Shown one piece after another: positions 60,762 to 64,000 of a stretch of DNA of 64,000 bases (the stretch's first letter is position 1; each line of letters opens with the position of its first letter). Origin of the DNA: Lama guanicoe (Eukaryota). The stretch covers positions 1-64,000 of the forward strand of contig MU053448.1 in NCBI GenBank assembly GCA_013239625.1, in the 5' to 3' direction. The notes beneath the pieces were generated by a model. It was not told the origin of the DNA. It did no database searches and saw nothing but the letters and a program-made list of their open reading frames with translations. Both the position numbers and the translations under genes were made by a program.

Positions 60762-60828
60762 CTGGGTCAGGAGCAACTGTCTCACATAATCCACGGTGCA
60801 CAGGACACCTGTTCGCCCACAGCCGGCG
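60762..60828 (-). CDS. PTPN18: PTPN18 coding exon (probably 9), completes HCSAGCGRTG
   Basis: 67 nt, (S)AGCGRTGVLCTVDYVRQLLLTQ; phase 2 start matches the previous exon. Confidence 0.96.
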
Positions 60829-61233
60829 CTGACAAGTGAGAATCAGAGCGAGCTAGGTCAAGGACTGCCCACAAACCCCCTCTAAACAGGGTATTTGGGG
60901 TTGGGTGTGAGGGCCTTGGTGGGGTGGGGGTCCCTGCAGCACCTTTTGATTCCCAGAATCCCAGATTATCATTTGAAAGGAAAACTTTTAGATTGCTTAG
61001 AGTTGCTGAGTATCCGCTGTGTGCTTCCTCCCCAGTGGACAGTCTGTGCTCAATAAATGCCAACAATTTTGGCTACAACTTGAGCAAGCTTGGCCCCTGG
61101 TTTCTCCGAATGGGCACTCAAACGGCGAGACCGGCTCCAAGCCCTCCCTGCACAGTCGTCCCCTGCCTCCCTCCCCCATTGCCCTCCCCTCTGTCTCGCC
61201 AGACCACCCCCCAACAAAGCCCATCTCCTAAAC

Positions 61234-61376
61234 CTGCAGTGGACACAAAGGGGGCTGGGACCAGATTCCTGGAGGCGACGGGCTTCCTCCACCATGGCAA
61301 GCACGTGGTCGGGATTGCTAGGGACCCCTCTGTCTGGCCAGGACATATATTGCAGTTGGTACACACAGCGGGATTC
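61234..61376 (-). CDS. PTPN18: PTPN18 coding exon (probably 8), WPD loop and start of catalytic motif
   Basis: 143 nt, ESRCVYQLQYMSWPDRGVPSNPDHVLAMVEEARRLQESGPSPLCVHC + AG; AG/GT boundaries. Confidence 0.96.
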
Positions 61377-61595
61377 CTGAAACACAGGAAAAGAGGGGGA
61401 AAGGGTGAAAAAAGAAAGACAAGCATTTATTGAGCCCTTACTACATGTCAGCCCAGTTCTACACACGTTCCATTTAAACGCAACAGGCAGTAACTGAGAG
61501 ATGGGTATTACTGTCCATGCCCATTTTACAGATGAGAAAACAGAGGCAGGAAACAGCCCTTTCCATGTGGGAGTCTCCTCTTTCCCTTTCAGTAC

Positions 61596-61658
61596 CTTCT
61601 GGAAGGTGACCTGGAGGGTCCTGAGCATGATGTCTGCATTCAGCCACATCTCCCTTGT
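61596..61658 (-). CDS. PTPN18: PTPN18 coding exon (probably 7)
   Basis: ccacag|...AAG|gtact; 63 nt, TREMWLNADIMLRTLQVTFQK. Confidence 0.95.
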
Positions 61659-62258
61659 CTGTGGACGTGGAGGAGGTGAGAAAAGGGCAGGGAACAAAGA
61701 TCACAGGTGCCAAAAGACATATTTACAGAAAACAAAGTATTTCTGATTAAAGATCAAATACGAAAAAAACATCTTTTCGAAAAATTCATTTAGCCCAAAC
61801 GTCCCCCATGACTTTTGTGAAGGAAAGAGGAGAGAAAGAGGAACTATGGTTAAATATCCCACATGCTCATTTCCAGTGAAACAAATGTCTTTTGTTCTAA
61901 AAGAAAACAGTTTCACTGTATTTATTCAGGACCAACTGTGTGTCTGACTTGAGGTGAGAGATTTTCCTGAGTTCTTTGGGGACAGTAAGGGAAATAAGTT
62001 TAAGAACCCAGCCAAGGCATGTTTATATTTACAGAGATAACCATGATTATAGTTCAAATGCAAAAGCAATACCTAATGAGTTCTGGCTATTTGCATGCTT
62101 TCTGCAGTGTGTGCATGTGTGTATGTGTGTGTGACCGTGGGAAAACTGTTCATCCTTTCGGGCCCAGACCACAAGATTGCCAACTCAGAATCTCCTGTGA
62201 AATGTCCCACAACATCCCAGACTCCATCAAATGCTGTCCCCCCTCTGCCCCAGCTCAC

Positions 62259-62327
62259 CAGTGTGATGTAGAAAAGCCCAATCTGCAGTGGTTCCTGTTC
62301 TTGGGCCCAGTAACGCTCACACTTTTT
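62259..62327 (-). CDS. PTPN18: PTPN18 coding exon (probably exon 6; upstream exons are outside the window)
   Basis: tttgtag|AAA AAG TGT...ACA CTG|gtgagc; 69 nt, KKCERYWAQEQEPLQIGLFYITL, contains the PTP KCxxYW motif. Confidence 0.95.
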
Positions 62328-62419
62328 CTACAAAAGGCAAGGGAGAAAGGGCGGGGGGTGAAGTGGGGGTCTGCCTCAGAGTTCACGTTGATACGTGCAC
62401 ACGCCTACTGGACAGCCCA

Positions 62420-64000
62420 GGTTGCTGATGGAAGCACAGGTGGTGGCAGCCACGAAGGAGGCCAGCGCCCAGACTCAGTAGAGACGAGAGCTTCCAACAG
62501 TGCAGGAGGAAGACGGTCCAGAGTGTTCTCCTACTTGTAAGTAACTAAAAACCTCCATGAAATATACAAGCCATTATTTGCAGACATGGGACCTGAACAC
62601 GGCAGGACTGTGATCACTGACCAAAGGGAAACACATGGAGTCAAACCCTAGGACCACCCCAGCTTACTGCCTAGAGGCAGTCACCAGGCTGCAGGGCACA
62701 GAGACTGATGATCCCAGTAAGTTGAAAAGCCAGAGATCATGGCCCAGGGAGGTCAAGGCAGAGTTCTTGAAAGAACAGCTACGGAAACCAAAGCAACAAA
62801 CTCCAGGACTCTGCATAGGAATCCCCTTAAAGCTGGAATAGTAATCGGGGCACGTATGACCGGAAACGCCCAGAGGCCAGGCAAGAATGACTTCCCGTGA
62901 AAGAATAGAAGTGTTCATCTCATTTCCCAGTACTCACAATGGGACAGAAATAATTGATATTTCCTCCAGCCAGAGTGGAGAGACCTGACTGGGCGTTCAA
63001 GAGGGAACTCGAAGGACACACATTAGAAGTAGAACAAATTTACTTCTAGAAGAAAGGCTAGTCTAGGCCCGCCCCGCTACCCAAAGCTTAAAAACAAAAC
63101 TTAAAATGATCAAACACCCAAAAGTAGCTTAACTGCCTTCCAGAAAAAGTTCAACACCCTTTAAAGGAAGATAACAAAACCCAACACTTACTAGTACAAA
63201 ATTAAAAATATTAAGCATCTAATAAAAATTTACTAGACATACAAAGAAGTGAGAAAATGTGACCTCTACCCAGGAGAAAAAATCAGCAAAAGGAGATCCA
63301 ATAGAGATGAGGAAAAAAGCAAAGACTTCAAAACAGCTTTTATGAATATTACAAAATATATTCAAAATGAAAAGGAAAACATTAAGGTGATGGAAATGAA
63401 ATGAAAGCTATAAAAAAGACCTCAGTGGAACTTCTAGAGAGGAAAAATTAAATTTATGAAATTGTGGGAGGGGATAAATTTGGGAGTTTGAGATTTACAA
63501 ATGCTGGCCACTATATATAAAGATAGATTTTTAAGAGTTTCCTTTGTATAGCATAGGGACCTATGTTCAATATCTTGCAATAACTTTTAATGGAAAAAAT
63601 ATGAAAATGAATATATATATATATGTAGACACATGACTGGGAACATTGTGCTGTACACCAGAGAAAGACACATTGTAATTGACTGTACTTCAATTTAAAA
63701 AAATTCACAGTCTAATAGATTAGACATCAGAAGAAAAGTCCAGTAACATAAAGACATAGCAATAGAAACTATTCAAAATGAAAAGAGAGAAAAAAATGGG
63801 TAAAAAACGAACAGAGAATCAGATTCCTGTGAAAATATATCAAGTGGTCTAATGTATGTGTGTCTGTAGTCCAGAAGGAAACTGAAGAACAGAAACTATT
63901 TCTGAAGAAACTAGAGCTGGAAATTTCTCCAAATTTGATGAAACTATGAACCCACAGATCCCAGCAGGTCCGTGAAGCACAGGGAGAGAAAAATCATAAA
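62420..64000 (+). mobile_element. Old L1 5'/ORF1 region in a PTPN18 intron, with a younger L1 3' piece at about 63465-63705
   Basis: A-rich ORF1-like remnant (gaaaaagtcc...gcaatagaaactattcaaaatgaaa...ccaaatttgatgaaa). Confidence 0.7.

Noticed and set aside
61050..61697. 215-aa ORF containing PTP motifs
   Set aside because: It is a chance read-through of two PTPN18 exons plus intron. The apparent VHCRF is not a catalytic mutation, because splicing restores HCSAGCGRTG.
1..64000. CRISPR arrays, rRNA or prokaryotic systems
   Set aside because: No regularly spaced repeat-spacer arrays or rRNA similarity; the sequence is mammalian.

Overview
Mammalian genomic DNA, probably camelid (inferred from about 15 copies of a tRNA-Ala-derived SINE and the L1 3' ends). 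The right end holds the last ten coding exons of PTPN18 on the minus strand (62327 to stop at 58382, 951 nt, every junction GT-AG and phase-consistent). A full-length but degenerate class I (gamma/epsilon-like) provirus lies at 23431-31988 (minus) with two LTRs, a 4-bp TSD, gag, pro-pol and env. There are many solo LTRs with intact TSDs, a near full-length Cheshire/MER58 hAT fossil, and L1, MaLR, Tigger and MER fragments. The main hidden signal: the unique DNA between the repeats from about 56 kb down to about 8.4 kb carries a colinear series of minus-strand GT-AG exon relics. Spliced by hand, they give several RGS-domain-like motif sets. This suggests a decayed multi-exon, multi-RGS-domain (RGS22/RGSL1-like) gene directly downstream of PTPN18, broken by stops, frameshifts and LTR/ERV insertions. 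That call rests on manual motif recognition and needs an HMM or synteny check. Repeat family names come from memory of consensus sequences, and repeat boundaries without a stated TSD are approximate.
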